Of a stretch of DNA of 64,000 nt, positions 19,043-28,738 are shown in pieces. Numbering within the stretch: position 1 is the stretch's first letter; every line of letters begins with the position of its first letter. The position numbers and the translations under genes are program-made. The notes beneath the pieces are model-generated. The model made no database searches, had not been told where the DNA came from, and saw only the letters and a list, made by a program, of their open reading frames with translations. This stretch comes from Candidatus Micrarchaeota archaeon (GTDB lineage: Archaea > Iainarchaeota > Iainarchaeia > JAADDC01): the NCBI GenBank assembly GCA_027046625.1, contig JALTXX010000003.1, positions 10,378-74,377 of the forward strand. The letters are read 5' to 3'.

Positions 19043-20437
19043 GTGTTGGATCCCCTTCAATATCTTCGGATAGTAGGCAACGAATACCATATCCAACGTC
19101 CCCGCCTATCAGAGGAAGAACGAACATTGCTGAACATCCTATCTATGCTTATTGAGGGAAGAACGTACCTTGAGGCGGTAAAAACATTACCCATCAGCCC
19201 AAGGGATGACTTCGAAGAACTTATGAGGGATTTCTTGCGGGGAGTAGACCCTAATAAGTTATACTCTTTGGACGAGCTTTTAAGGATGGGGGAGGAGCTG
19301 TACGAAACACTCAAGGTATTGGGTGTAGACAATGAGTATATCTCCCTTTACAGTGTGTTTGACGCTATAGGTCTAGGAGAGGTAACATTCTATCTCTATG
19401 ATGAAAAGGTGGAGGAGGTGATGGTGAACGGATACAGAAATCCTGTATTTGTGTACAGGGCTGCCATGGGAAGCCTGAGAACCAATGTGGTTCCAGGAGG
19501 TAGCTTGGATAGATGGGTTAAAAGATTGAGCGGAAGAAGCAGAGAGAAGATCATAGATACCTCCCTGGATGATATGAGGATCAGTATAGTAAGGGAGCCT
19601 CTATCAGATGAGGGACCAGCCATAACTATAAGAAAGCATAGAAAGGTACTTCTAGATCTTGTAGAGCTTATGAGAAGAAACACCATAACTCCAGAGTTAG
19701 TATCCTATCTGTGGCTCCTTCTTGAAGGGTTGGAGGTGTCCCCCTTCAATATGATAGTGGCCGGCAACACAGGTGGCGGTAAAACCACTACGCTAAACGC
19801 ACTGTTATATCTTGTTCCTCTTGATGAGCGGATCGTTGTGATAGAGGACACCAGAGAAATTGTGGTACCCCACCCCAACAGGGTTTACCTTACAACAGAA
19901 GGAACAGACAATAGCTTAATGGACCTCCTTATAGCCTCTCTTCGTATGAGACCAGACAGAATTGTGGTGGGTGAGGTGAGGGGTAAGGAGGCAGTCACCC
20001 TATTGGCTGCTATGAACGTGGGCCATAGGGCCATGGGAACCATACATGCAAACTCCGCAGCTGATACACTAAACAGGCTTGAGAATCCCCCTATGAATGT
20101 CCCTGAGAGTATGTTAGGCGCTCTTAACCTCGTGGTGGTTCAGCATCGTATAAGAACTCCAAGGGGAACCATAAGAAGAGTTACAGAGGTGGCAGAGCTG
20201 TACAACATAGGAGACAGAATAAATATGGGTGTAACCTTTTCATGGAACCCGGACACTGATAAAATAGAGAGGACAACCATACCCTCTCACCTAATAGACA
20301 AGATGGCAGAATATACACACATTCCAAAGAAGCGGCTGTTGGAGGAACTAGAAAGAAGAGAATCCTTCCTTGATGGGGTTGTTAAAAGAAATGGCAAGCC
20401 TGAAGATATACTAAGGTATCAGGGTGACATTGTATGA
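19043..20437 (+). CDS. Second CpaF/VirB11-family secretion/pilus ATPase
   Basis: GNTGGGKTT, IEDTREI, LRMRPDRIVVGEVRG, GTIHANS. Confidence 0.92.
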   Translation: MLDPLQYLRIVGNEYHIQRPRLSEEERTLLNILSMLIEGRTYLEAVKTLPISPRDDFEELMRDFLRGVDPNKLYSLDELLRMGEELYETLKVLGVDNEYISLYSVFDAIGLGEVTFYLYDEKVEEVMVNGYRNPVFVYRAAMGSLRTNVVPGGSLDRWVKRLSGRSREKIIDTSLDDMRISIVREPLSDEGPAITIRKHRKVLLDLVELMRRNTITPELVSYLWLLLEGLEVSPFNMIVAGNTGGGKTTTLNALLYLVPLDERIVVIEDTREIVVPHPNRVYLTTEGTDNSLMDLLIASLRMRPDRIVVGEVRGKEAVTLLAAMNVGHRAMGTIHANSAADTLNRLENPPMNVPESMLGALNLVVVQHRIRTPRGTIRRVTEVAELYNIGDRINMGVTFSWNPDTDKIERTTIPSHLIDKMAEYTHIPKKRLLEELERRESFLDGVVKRNGKPEDILRYQGDIV

Positions 20438-20802
20438 TAAAAATAAAAGTGTATGCACGTTTGAATCCTACAGAGGACGAAGAAAAGGTAATTAATGCCA
20501 TAAAAAACATTTTTCCCACCCTAAAGGTGGAGAAAAGAGGAGATGTGATAGTAGGAGAAGGGGAAGGGGAAGAAGCTTTAAGCAGGTTTATACATATTAT
20601 TGGAAGGGAAGAGGTGGCTGCCAGAACCCTTAACCTCCTTAAGTCAAGGAGGAGGGGTAACAGGATAACCTTCCCCCTTGACAGGGAGGTGGCCCTCGTA
20701 GAGAGAATATCTTTCGGTGAGGAAAGTGAGTTGGGTCCTATCTGGGTGGAAATTGAGGGCGACGTGGATACTGTTATTGATAGGGTTGCTTCCCTTCTCT
20801 GA
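20434..20802 (+). CDS. UPF0201/DUF54 putative RNA-binding protein
   Basis: LNPTEDEEKVINAIKNIFP and C-terminal LGPIWVEIE. Confidence 0.85.
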   Translation: MIKIKVYARLNPTEDEEKVINAIKNIFPTLKVEKRGDVIVGEGEGEEALSRFIHIIGREEVAARTLNLLKSRRRGNRITFPLDREVALVERISFGEESELGPIWVEIEGDVDTVIDRVASLL

Positions 20803-21469
20803 GGCTGCTACCCAAATGTACTACCCATTAGCCCTTGTACTAAAGGACGGAGATACCATATACATTGGAAAGGTGGGACCCCAGCATGTGGTGAGGATTA
20901 TTCTAAACGGAGAAGATCCTGTTCCTATTCTTGAGGTAAACACGAACCTTCCATCCATTGTAAGTAGTTCCTCTGGCAGAATATGGATAGACTTCAATGC
21001 TCCCTCGAAAGAAGGGCCGTTTACCTTCTGTATGGATGTGAAAAAAACCAAGGGCTTGGAAACCCACTGCCTAGCCTTTGATGTGGATAAGAATGTTATT
21101 GAGGTGAGAACGTCCGACGTGAGGGGAAGGGAGTTTGAATATTCCTCCCTTAAGGCTGTGCTGCGAAACAAGGGAAATGGTATCGCGCGTGTAGATGTGT
21201 ACTGTGATTTGTGCAACAAAAGAAGTGTTACTTTGTATCCTCATGAGATAAAGGAAGTTGTTTTAGATGTAAGAATGCCAGTTGCAGGTAGTTATACTGT
21301 AAAATTATATGTAAACGATGGATTGAATGCCTCAGAAGCTTTCTTTAGGATCCTCTCCACCCCCACGGTAGAGGGACGTCTGTTTACTTCCAAATTATAC
21401 CCAGATCTTCTACACCCTCTTCTCTATCCTATAAAGGTGATGTGGAGGTTGTTGGTATGGAAGATGTGA
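20717..21469 (+). CDS. Hypothetical secreted beta-rich (Ig-like) protein; start probably slightly downstream
   Basis: Signal-like segment WILLLIGLLPFSEA and CARDB-like LRNKGN...GSYTVKLYV. Confidence 0.6.
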   Translation: MRKVSWVLSGWKLRATWILLLIGLLPFSEAATQMYYPLALVLKDGDTIYIGKVGPQHVVRIILNGEDPVPILEVNTNLPSIVSSSSGRIWIDFNAPSKEGPFTFCMDVKKTKGLETHCLAFDVDKNVIEVRTSDVRGREFEYSSLKAVLRNKGNGIARVDVYCDLCNKRSVTLYPHEIKEVVLDVRMPVAGSYTVKLYVNDGLNASEAFFRILSTPTVEGRLFTSKLYPDLLHPLLYPIKVMWRLLVWKM

Positions 21470-21744
21470 TGACATTCCTTGAGTACCCTTGGGTAAAGAA
21501 GGCAGCCCGCTCCAAGTATATGGCTGACCTGATAAAGTTTTTATCCACGGGTAGAAAGGTATCTTCTATACTTGCGAAGTTCCATGAATTGCCTGAGGAG
21601 TATGTTTTGGGGGCTCTCGAAGCCCTCGAGAGTTTAGGTGTAATAAAGAGTATTGATGTGAGAGGAGAGAAGTACTACGTTCTCACCTCAAAGGGAAGAA
21701 TTATAAACTCCTTTATACAGGAGCTCAGACGGCGTAGAATCTGA
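21442..21744 (+). CDS. Winged helix-turn-helix protein
   Basis: LEALESLGVIK...YYVLTSKGR wing motif. Confidence 0.7.
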   Translation: MEVVGMEDVMTFLEYPWVKKAARSKYMADLIKFLSTGRKVSSILAKFHELPEEYVLGALEALESLGVIKSIDVRGEKYYVLTSKGRIINSFIQELRRRRI

Positions 21745-22699
21745 TGCCTACCATTCCTCCCAACTTCTTAATGATTTCTGAGCCCTGAAAGTCATCTTTC
21801 ACAATATAAACATCTCCTCCACTATCTTTTACCTCTCTAAGTAGTGTTAGAGCGTCCTTTACCTTTTCTTCATGCACTAATAATACTTTTAGGTTTCCAA
21901 TATCCTCCGTAGGGTGGAGAGACGCCAGTCCATCCTCCTTTGAGAGGTGCATAAGGAACTCGTCTATAATGCTTTCCACCTTTTGTCTCCTCAGGGCTTC
22001 CAGTATTTTAGGGGCCCTCTTTCCTATGATATCTCTTAGCCCTTTTTCCCCTTCAAGAGGTGTAACTACAAAATAAACCTTTTTATCCTTTGGAATAAGT
22101 TGCTTTACTTCGTCCAGTATGATTTTTGGCCCGCCTACAATATTCAGCTCTCCCATTTCCTTTACAACCTCTCCAAGAAAGGGACGTAAACTATCCTCAG
22201 ACCCCCTTCTTATTCTTTTTACTGGACCAAGCCTCCTCTTGTACTCCGATACTAGGGCTTCCTCATCGCTTATAAGGATAAGAGTAACGGGAGGAAGCCT
22301 TGATTCTTCTTCATACTCCTTTGCATACTCAAGGAATGTCTCATTCCACTCATTTTTTTCTATCTCTATCTCCTGCCCTGGTAATATTGTGATAGATTGG
22401 TGTTTTCCTCTCCCCGTAACATCTTCCGGTCCCTCTAATAGTATGCCCTTTACCTTAAGATGGGAACCTCTTACTTCTGCGTCTTCCACCTCTATAGTAC
22501 CCCTGAACCTTACCACTCTTCCGCTACCTCGCTCGTCTTCCCTCTTTACTCTTCTCTCTATAACACCTCTTACCCTGTCGCCCCTCTCAAGAAAGCTACC
22601 TATGAGCCATAGGTCCTCTGGATCCTCTGGAATGATTCTGAGTTTCTTTTCCTTTCTGCTGAACCAAAGTACTTTCATGTTTTTAAACATGTTGAGCAC
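21725..22699 (-). CDS. pelA: Pelota/Dom34 mRNA surveillance protein (divergent)
   Basis: PEDPEDLWLI...GDRV, GKHQSITI..G.EIEIEK..W, C-terminal LGGMVGIRF. Confidence 0.85.
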   Translation of the reverse strand: MLNMFKNMKVLWFSRKEKKLRIIPEDPEDLWLIGSFLERGDRVRGVIERRVKREDERGSGRVVRFRGTIEVEDAEVRGSHLKVKGILLEGPEDVTGRGKHQSITILPGQEIEIEKNEWNETFLEYAKEYEEESRLPPVTLILISDEEALVSEYKRRLGPVKRIRRGSEDSLRPFLGEVVKEMGELNIVGGPKIILDEVKQLIPKDKKVYFVVTPLEGEKGLRDIIGKRAPKILEALRRQKVESIIDEFLMHLSKEDGLASLHPTEDIGNLKVLLVHEEKVKDALTLLREVKDSGGDVYIVKDDFQGSEIIKKLGGMVGIRFYAV

Positions 22700-22710
22700 A
22701 TTTTAAAGGG

Positions 22711-22902
22711 ATGGAGAAGGATGTAATACTATCCTTCCTTATAGGTGTTGTATTGGTGGCAATATCCATAGTTTGGAAGCTTTCAGAGGTGGGTAACCCT
22801 CTGACTGCGGCGGTAGAGCTGATACTGGAAGGTATACGCTCCCTATTCCTTGGAGTAGGATTGTTATTTTTGCTGGCGGCTCTTCTTATGATGAGGGAAT
22901 GA
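22711..22902 (+). CDS. Small two-TM membrane protein
   Basis: Two hydrophobic helices. Fills the gap and abuts ABCE1. Confidence 0.6.
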   Translation: MEKDVILSFLIGVVLVAISIVWKLSEVGNPLTAAVELILEGIRSLFLGVGLLFLLAALLMMRE

Positions 22903-22906
22903 TAGA

Positions 22907-24601
22907 ATGAGGGTAGCAGTAATAGACTACAAAAAGTGTAGACCAGACAAGTGCGGTTTTCTTTGTGCAAGTGTGTGTCCTGTAAACAAAACAGGGGAAG
23001 AGCCGGTAATATACATGGAAGAGGGAAGTGTAAGAATATCGGAAGAGCTTTGTATAGGGTGTGCCATATGCATTAAGAAGTGCCCCTTTGACGCCATCAC
23101 CATCATAAACCTCCCAGAGGAATACGGTACGCCAGTCCATCAATATGGGCCCAATATGTTTAGACTGTACGGACTTCCATATCCAAAGGAAGGTATTGTG
23201 GGTATTGTAGGAAGAAACGGCATAGGCAAGACCACAGCCCTAAGAATACTCTCTGGTAATCTCATTCCTAATCTTGGCAACTTTATGAAACCTCCATCGT
23301 ACGACGATGTAATAAACTTTTTCAAGGGAACAGAGTTGCAAGGGTATTTTTCCCTGCTAAAGGAGGGAAAAATACGCCTAATATACAAGATACAGGCTGT
23401 TGATGTTATAAGAAAGACTCTTAAAGGGCCTGTAAAAAACCATTTGACAGAAAGAGGGCAAATAATTCTTTCTGAGATGGGAGGGGAATACATTCTTGAA
23501 AAGGAGATATCTACCCTTTCCGGGGGAGAATTGCAGAAAGTGGCCATAGCGGCAGCTCTCTCAAGGGAGGGGGATGTATACTTCTTTGATGAACCATCCT
23601 CTTTTCTTGATATAGGGGAGAGAATACGTATAACCCGCACTATAAGAACCATTTTGGAGGGAAAGCGTGTAATGGTGGTAGAACATGATCTGGCGGTGCT
23701 GGATTACCTTAGTGATTATATTTTTGTGGTATACGGAGAGCCTGGAGTGTATGGTAGGTTTTCCGGCATAAAAGGGGTAAATGAGGGTATAAACCAGTTT
23801 CTTACAGGATTCTTAAAGGAGGAAAATATTAGAATAAGAGATAAAGAAATAATATTTGAAAAAAGGGCCCTATCTTCTAAGGAGCCGTCCAAACCTTTCC
23901 TTGATTATCCCTCCTTTTCTGCTAAAAAGGGTGATTTTTCCCTTGATGTGGAGGGAGGAACCCTCTATGAGGGGGAGGTGGTGGGTATTGTAGGAAGAAA
24001 CGGCATAGGAAAAACCACCTTCGTGGAAGAGCTTTCAAGGCGATTGGATGTGAAGGTAAGCTATAAACCCCAATATATAGAGCTTCCTTCTAAACCTGTG
24101 GCATCTCTACTTGAGATAAATGAGGATACATCTAGAGAGATTCTGAAACCCTTGGAGGTGGATAAGTTGTTGGAGGCGGATGCCTCTGTTTTATCTGGAG
24201 GAGAGATGCAGAGAGTAGCTGTGGCTGCAGCTCTCTCCCGCGAGGCGGATATATATTTGCTGGATGAGCCTAGTGCCTATCTCGATGTGGAACAAAGGGT
24301 GAGATTATCTAAGGTTATAAATAGGATTATTTCTCAGAGAAAGGCTGTTGCCATGGTGGTAGACCATGATTTGGCCTTTGTAGATTATATATCTGATAGA
24401 ATAATTGTATTTTCCGGAGAACCTGGCAAACGAGGGATTGCCTCTCCTCCTATGGATAAGAGAAGGGGTATGAACGCTTTATTGAAGGAGCTTGATATAA
24501 CCTTTAGGAGGGACCCCCAGACGGGAAGACCAAGGATAAACAAACCTGGATCCCAAAAGGATAGGGAACAGAAGAAAAGAGGGGAATACTACTATGAGTA
24601 A
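22907..24601 (+). CDS. rli: Ribosome recycling ATPase ABCE1/RLI
   Basis: N-terminal 2x[4Fe-4S] Cys motifs, two ABC domains, ITFRRDP...RPRINKPGSQKD. Confidence 0.97.
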   Translation: MRVAVIDYKKCRPDKCGFLCASVCPVNKTGEEPVIYMEEGSVRISEELCIGCAICIKKCPFDAITIINLPEEYGTPVHQYGPNMFRLYGLPYPKEGIVGIVGRNGIGKTTALRILSGNLIPNLGNFMKPPSYDDVINFFKGTELQGYFSLLKEGKIRLIYKIQAVDVIRKTLKGPVKNHLTERGQIILSEMGGEYILEKEISTLSGGELQKVAIAAALSREGDVYFFDEPSSFLDIGERIRITRTIRTILEGKRVMVVEHDLAVLDYLSDYIFVVYGEPGVYGRFSGIKGVNEGINQFLTGFLKEENIRIRDKEIIFEKRALSSKEPSKPFLDYPSFSAKKGDFSLDVEGGTLYEGEVVGIVGRNGIGKTTFVEELSRRLDVKVSYKPQYIELPSKPVASLLEINEDTSREILKPLEVDKLLEADASVLSGGEMQRVAVAAALSREADIYLLDEPSAYLDVEQRVRLSKVINRIISQRKAVAMVVDHDLAFVDYISDRIIVFSGEPGKRGIASPPMDKRRGMNALLKELDITFRRDPQTGRPRINKPGSQKDREQKKRGEYYYE

Positions 24602-25527
24602 TACACTAAAGTGGGTATAATAAGAAATCCAAACAATGCAGAGGGAGGATCCTCCTTTGATATAAGAATGGCAGCTACGGACAGTATAAGCAACAAAAGG
24701 TTAGGAATGCCGCTCCAAACCGCGTGAGCTATTAGTACTCCGATGGTAACCTCTTTTGGGAGAGAAGGGATCTCCGCGATGTTAAAGAGGGATAGCACAA
24801 GTATAAGAGCTACAATATACGACAATCCTACAAGGATAATTATCTCTGGATAGGGATAACTTATAAAGGCAGACATAGCACTTCGTGTCTTACCATATAG
24901 CAGTGCTACTAGTGAGAATATGGGAGCAACGGCAGCTCCTACCCCTATACTGCCTCCTCTAAGTAGGGAAGCCCATAACGAAGGAGGAAGAGCGGGCACG
25001 TAACCGGTTAGAAATCCTGAGAGCACACCTCTTACTGTGTCCTCTTTTCTTTCCAGAGGAAAGGGTTGAAGAATAGCCTTGGATGCAAAAAGATAGAAGA
25101 GCCCGCTTGCGAGGGGTGCATACACATCTACGGACATCCTTAGAGCTATAACACCTAGTATTCCAGACAATAAGAAGGAAGGATACTTCATAAGGGGAAG
25201 GGACATAAGGAAGAGAATAAGAAAAACCAGAGAAAATGGAATTTCAACACTGTATAGAACTAATGCAAGAGGGATAAGAAGGATAGCTAGGATAACACCC
25301 TTCAGAACCTCTACAAGAGCAACTCCTTTACCTCCTGCGGTGTCCGGGTGGTATATGTGATGTTTGGAGAGGTATATGGCGGCTCCTGTAAAGCTCCCGT
25401 ATAGCACCCCTAAAAGGAAAGGTTCCTTCCACCCCAGTAGCATAGGATGTAAGCCAGGTATGAGAGCCAGTAGAATTCCCTCTATTATACTGTTAAGCGT
25501 CTGAAAGGATAACAAGCTCTTTTTCAC
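24592..25527 (-). CDS. TctA/DUF112-like membrane protein
   Basis: LIPGLHP motif and its repeat GYVPAL. Multi-TM. Confidence 0.6.
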   Translation of the reverse strand: MKKSLLSFQTLNSIIEGILLALIPGLHPMLLGWKEPFLLGVLYGSFTGAAIYLSKHHIYHPDTAGGKGVALVEVLKGVILAILLIPLALVLYSVEIPFSLVFLILFLMSLPLMKYPSFLLSGILGVIALRMSVDVYAPLASGLFYLFASKAILQPFPLERKEDTVRGVLSGFLTGYVPALPPSLWASLLRGGSIGVGAAVAPIFSLVALLYGKTRSAMSAFISYPYPEIIILVGLSYIVALILVLSLFNIAEIPSLPKEVTIGVLIAHAVWSGIPNLLLLILSVAAILISKEDPPSALFGFLIIPTLVYYS

Positions 25528-25783
25528 CTCTGTACATCTCTAATCTACCATACACGCATCTATATCCTGATATGCATTGTCCATAGAAGGATACACCCTT
25601 TATTTCGCCACTTTCATCCAAAATCCTATATAAACACCCTTTTTCCAAAGCTTTTACAGGCAAAAAGGTGGCGCAAACCTTGTATAATCTTCCAAAATCT
25701 TTCAAATCCTCTATACTGCTTTCTACAGGTTCTATTAGTGAGAGAAGAAGTAAGGCAATGAGGAACACACCCCACCTCCACAC
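25493..25783 (-). CDS. Membrane-anchored small OB-fold-like protein
   Basis: N-terminal TM helix, ILDESGEI, VYGRLEMYRGEKEL. Confidence 0.55.
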   Translation of the reverse strand: MWRWGVFLIALLLLSLIEPVESSIEDLKDFGRLYKVCATFLPVKALEKGCLYRILDESGEIKGVSFYGQCISGYRCVYGRLEMYRGEKELVILSDA

Positions 25784-26610
25784 ACAATAAAAAGGGCCAA
25801 ACTACATATAACACCCAGTGTGATGAAGGGTATGAAAGGGATGGAAAGATGAGCCCTTATACTATTTATTCCCATCTCCTTCAACCTCTTCACATCTTCC
25901 TCTGTCAGCCCATCCGCTCCTATGTTATGGACAGGAAGGATTTCACCTTTCTGAATCTTTAATAGTGTATTAATGTTTAGATCATACCTTTTACCCTCCT
26001 TATCTATTACTTCTGCTGGTATAACCCCCTCTTTAACTGTTTCCTCGTACCTAAGAAGCTTTTTTATCCTAAGGAGATAAATAACTGCAGAAAGCAGAAC
26101 TATGGCAAGAAAGAAGTTCAGATTAAAGCTAACTACTCCAAGGGGAAGAAACAGCAAGTAATACCTCTCTGGCAGAAACACCCATGCCAGTATTCCAAGA
26201 AAAGGATGTATGGAGAAGGGAATGGCGAGAAGCACAGATTTCTTCATGTGACTTAACAGCTCATGACTTTTCTTTCTCAACACAACAAACATACCGTACA
26301 GCCCAGACAGTAATATGGCAAAAGTAAGAGAAAGAAGGGATATCGGCACTCCAAACAATGTATAGGGTATTCCAGCTCCGATAATAAGAAGTATCCATAC
26401 ATCTCCCAGCGCAAATGCGCCCATAGCATAGAGTAGTACCGCTATAGCGGCTGTAACAATCAGACTATATAGGAATGTTTCGTGGGAAACACCAAGAAGC
26501 ACAGCCACCCCATAGGAAATGTATACCAGCTCATCCGGAATTTCCCGTTTCTTTATATCCTCCAAAGAGAAATAAAAGAGAAGAGGTAACAATATCAAAA
26601 CTTCCCACAT
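25735..26610 (-). CDS. Prepilin peptidase (A24, EppA-like)
   Basis: Catalytic Asp motifs EDIKKREIPD and ALGDV. C-terminal GLTEEDV...IPFIPFITLG. Follows a pilin. Confidence 0.88.
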   Translation of the reverse strand: MWEVLILLPLLFYFSLEDIKKREIPDELVYISYGVAVLLGVSHETFLYSLIVTAAIAVLLYAMGAFALGDVWILLIIGAGIPYTLFGVPISLLSLTFAILLSGLYGMFVVLRKKSHELLSHMKKSVLLAIPFSIHPFLGILAWVFLPERYYLLFLPLGVVSFNLNFFLAIVLLSAVIYLLRIKKLLRYEETVKEGVIPAEVIDKEGKRYDLNINTLLKIQKGEILPVHNIGADGLTEEDVKRLKEMGINSIRAHLSIPFIPFITLGVICSLALFIVCGGGVCSSLPYFFSH

Positions 26611-26631
26611 ATCACTCCCCGAATAGAAAAA

Positions 26632-26820
26632 CTATCCGCCAAGTTGGTTTAGCTGCTGATTTATCTCTTTTTGTAGTGTAGATGTAGTTTGTTGAATAGA
26701 TTGACCTGCTGTGGTGGCACCCTGCTGCCCTGCCTGGAGCAGACTGTTGGCCAATATTAGTACAACTATAATTACTCCACCCAGCAGCAACATGTACTCA
26801 AATGTACCCTGGCTTCTCAT
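26632..26820 (-). CDS. Type IV pilin, candidate major pilin (MRS/QGTFEY), 62 aa
   Basis: Start reassigned to ATG 26820 (GCGGTGAT SD, AT-rich promoter-like segment upstream). Q+1/E+5 class III motif. Confidence 0.85.
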   Translation of the reverse strand: MRSQGTFEYMLLLGGVIIVVLILANSLLQAGQQGATTAGQSIQQTTSTLQKEINQQLNQLGG

Positions 26821-26893
26821 ATCTATCACCGCTCTAATAATGCATTTCCCCTTTATTAAGTTTTCTATCACCTTCGCCGCTTACCTAAGTTGG

Positions 26894-26927
26894 TGACGCG
26901 GGCAGCCATTGGAGCGACCGGAGAACC
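26894..26927 (-). other. 3' strand of the pre-16S bulge-helix-bulge processing stem
   Basis: GGUUCUCCGGUC-GCUC-CAA-UGGCUGCCCGCGUCA pairs with the leader at 28526-28559. Confidence 0.9.
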
Positions 26928-26950
26928 TCCCTCTGGTTCTGACCTCCCAG

Positions 26951-28451
<1,501 letters not shown>

Positions 28452-28485
28452 TGGCCGCAAGGCCGGCGGGGTTCCGCCGTACCTT

Positions 28486-28524
28486 GCTTCATCGGTTTCC
28501 CTCTGAGTCAAGCCAGGTGGTCAT
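28486..28524 (-). ncRNA. C/D-like K-turn module in the 16S 5' leader with a 12-nt guide-like segment
   Basis: AUGACCA - CCUGGCUUGACU - CAGA - GG(GAAA)CC G - AUGAAGC. 10-nt complementarity to 16S at 27070-27079. Confidence 0.55.
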
Positions 28525-28525
28525 C

Positions 28526-28559
28526 GGTTCTCCGGCCTTTGCTCTGGCTGCCCGCGTCA
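28526..28559 (-). other. 5' strand of the pre-16S bulge-helix-bulge processing stem
   Basis: UGACGCGGGCAGCCA-GAGC-AAA-GGCCGGAGAACC. Gives a 15-bp stem, 3-nt bulge, 4-bp helix, 3-nt bulge and 12-bp stem. Confidence 0.9.
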
Positions 28560-28590
28560 GACCCGAGAAATATGAGCTCGGATCCCCATG

Positions 28591-28665
28591 GAATGTGGCC
28601 GCAACCGGATGGGGTAGTTCATCGTGGGGTTACCCCCTCTCCCACCCTAACGCCATGCGGCCAGC
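28591..28665 (-). ncRNA. Single-hairpin H/ACA guide RNA at the 5' end of the 16S leader
   Basis: Lower stem GGCCGCA/UGCGGCC, pocket UGGCGUU/AUCCGG, upper stem GGGUGG/CUACCC, K-turn-like apex, ACA box about 15 nt from the pocket top. Confidence 0.8.
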
Positions 28666-28683
28666 ATAATGTAAATAGCGTGA

Positions 28684-28700
28684 AGATTAAAAGGGTGACG
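28684..28700 (-). promoter_or_regulatory. Putative TATA element of the rRNA promoter
   Basis: TTTTAAT (28692-28686, minus strand), about 25 nt upstream of where the GC-rich leader begins (~28665). Confidence 0.4.
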
Positions 28701-28738
28701 CTGCGCAACTCTTAAAAACCCCATTTCCTTCTTCTTCC

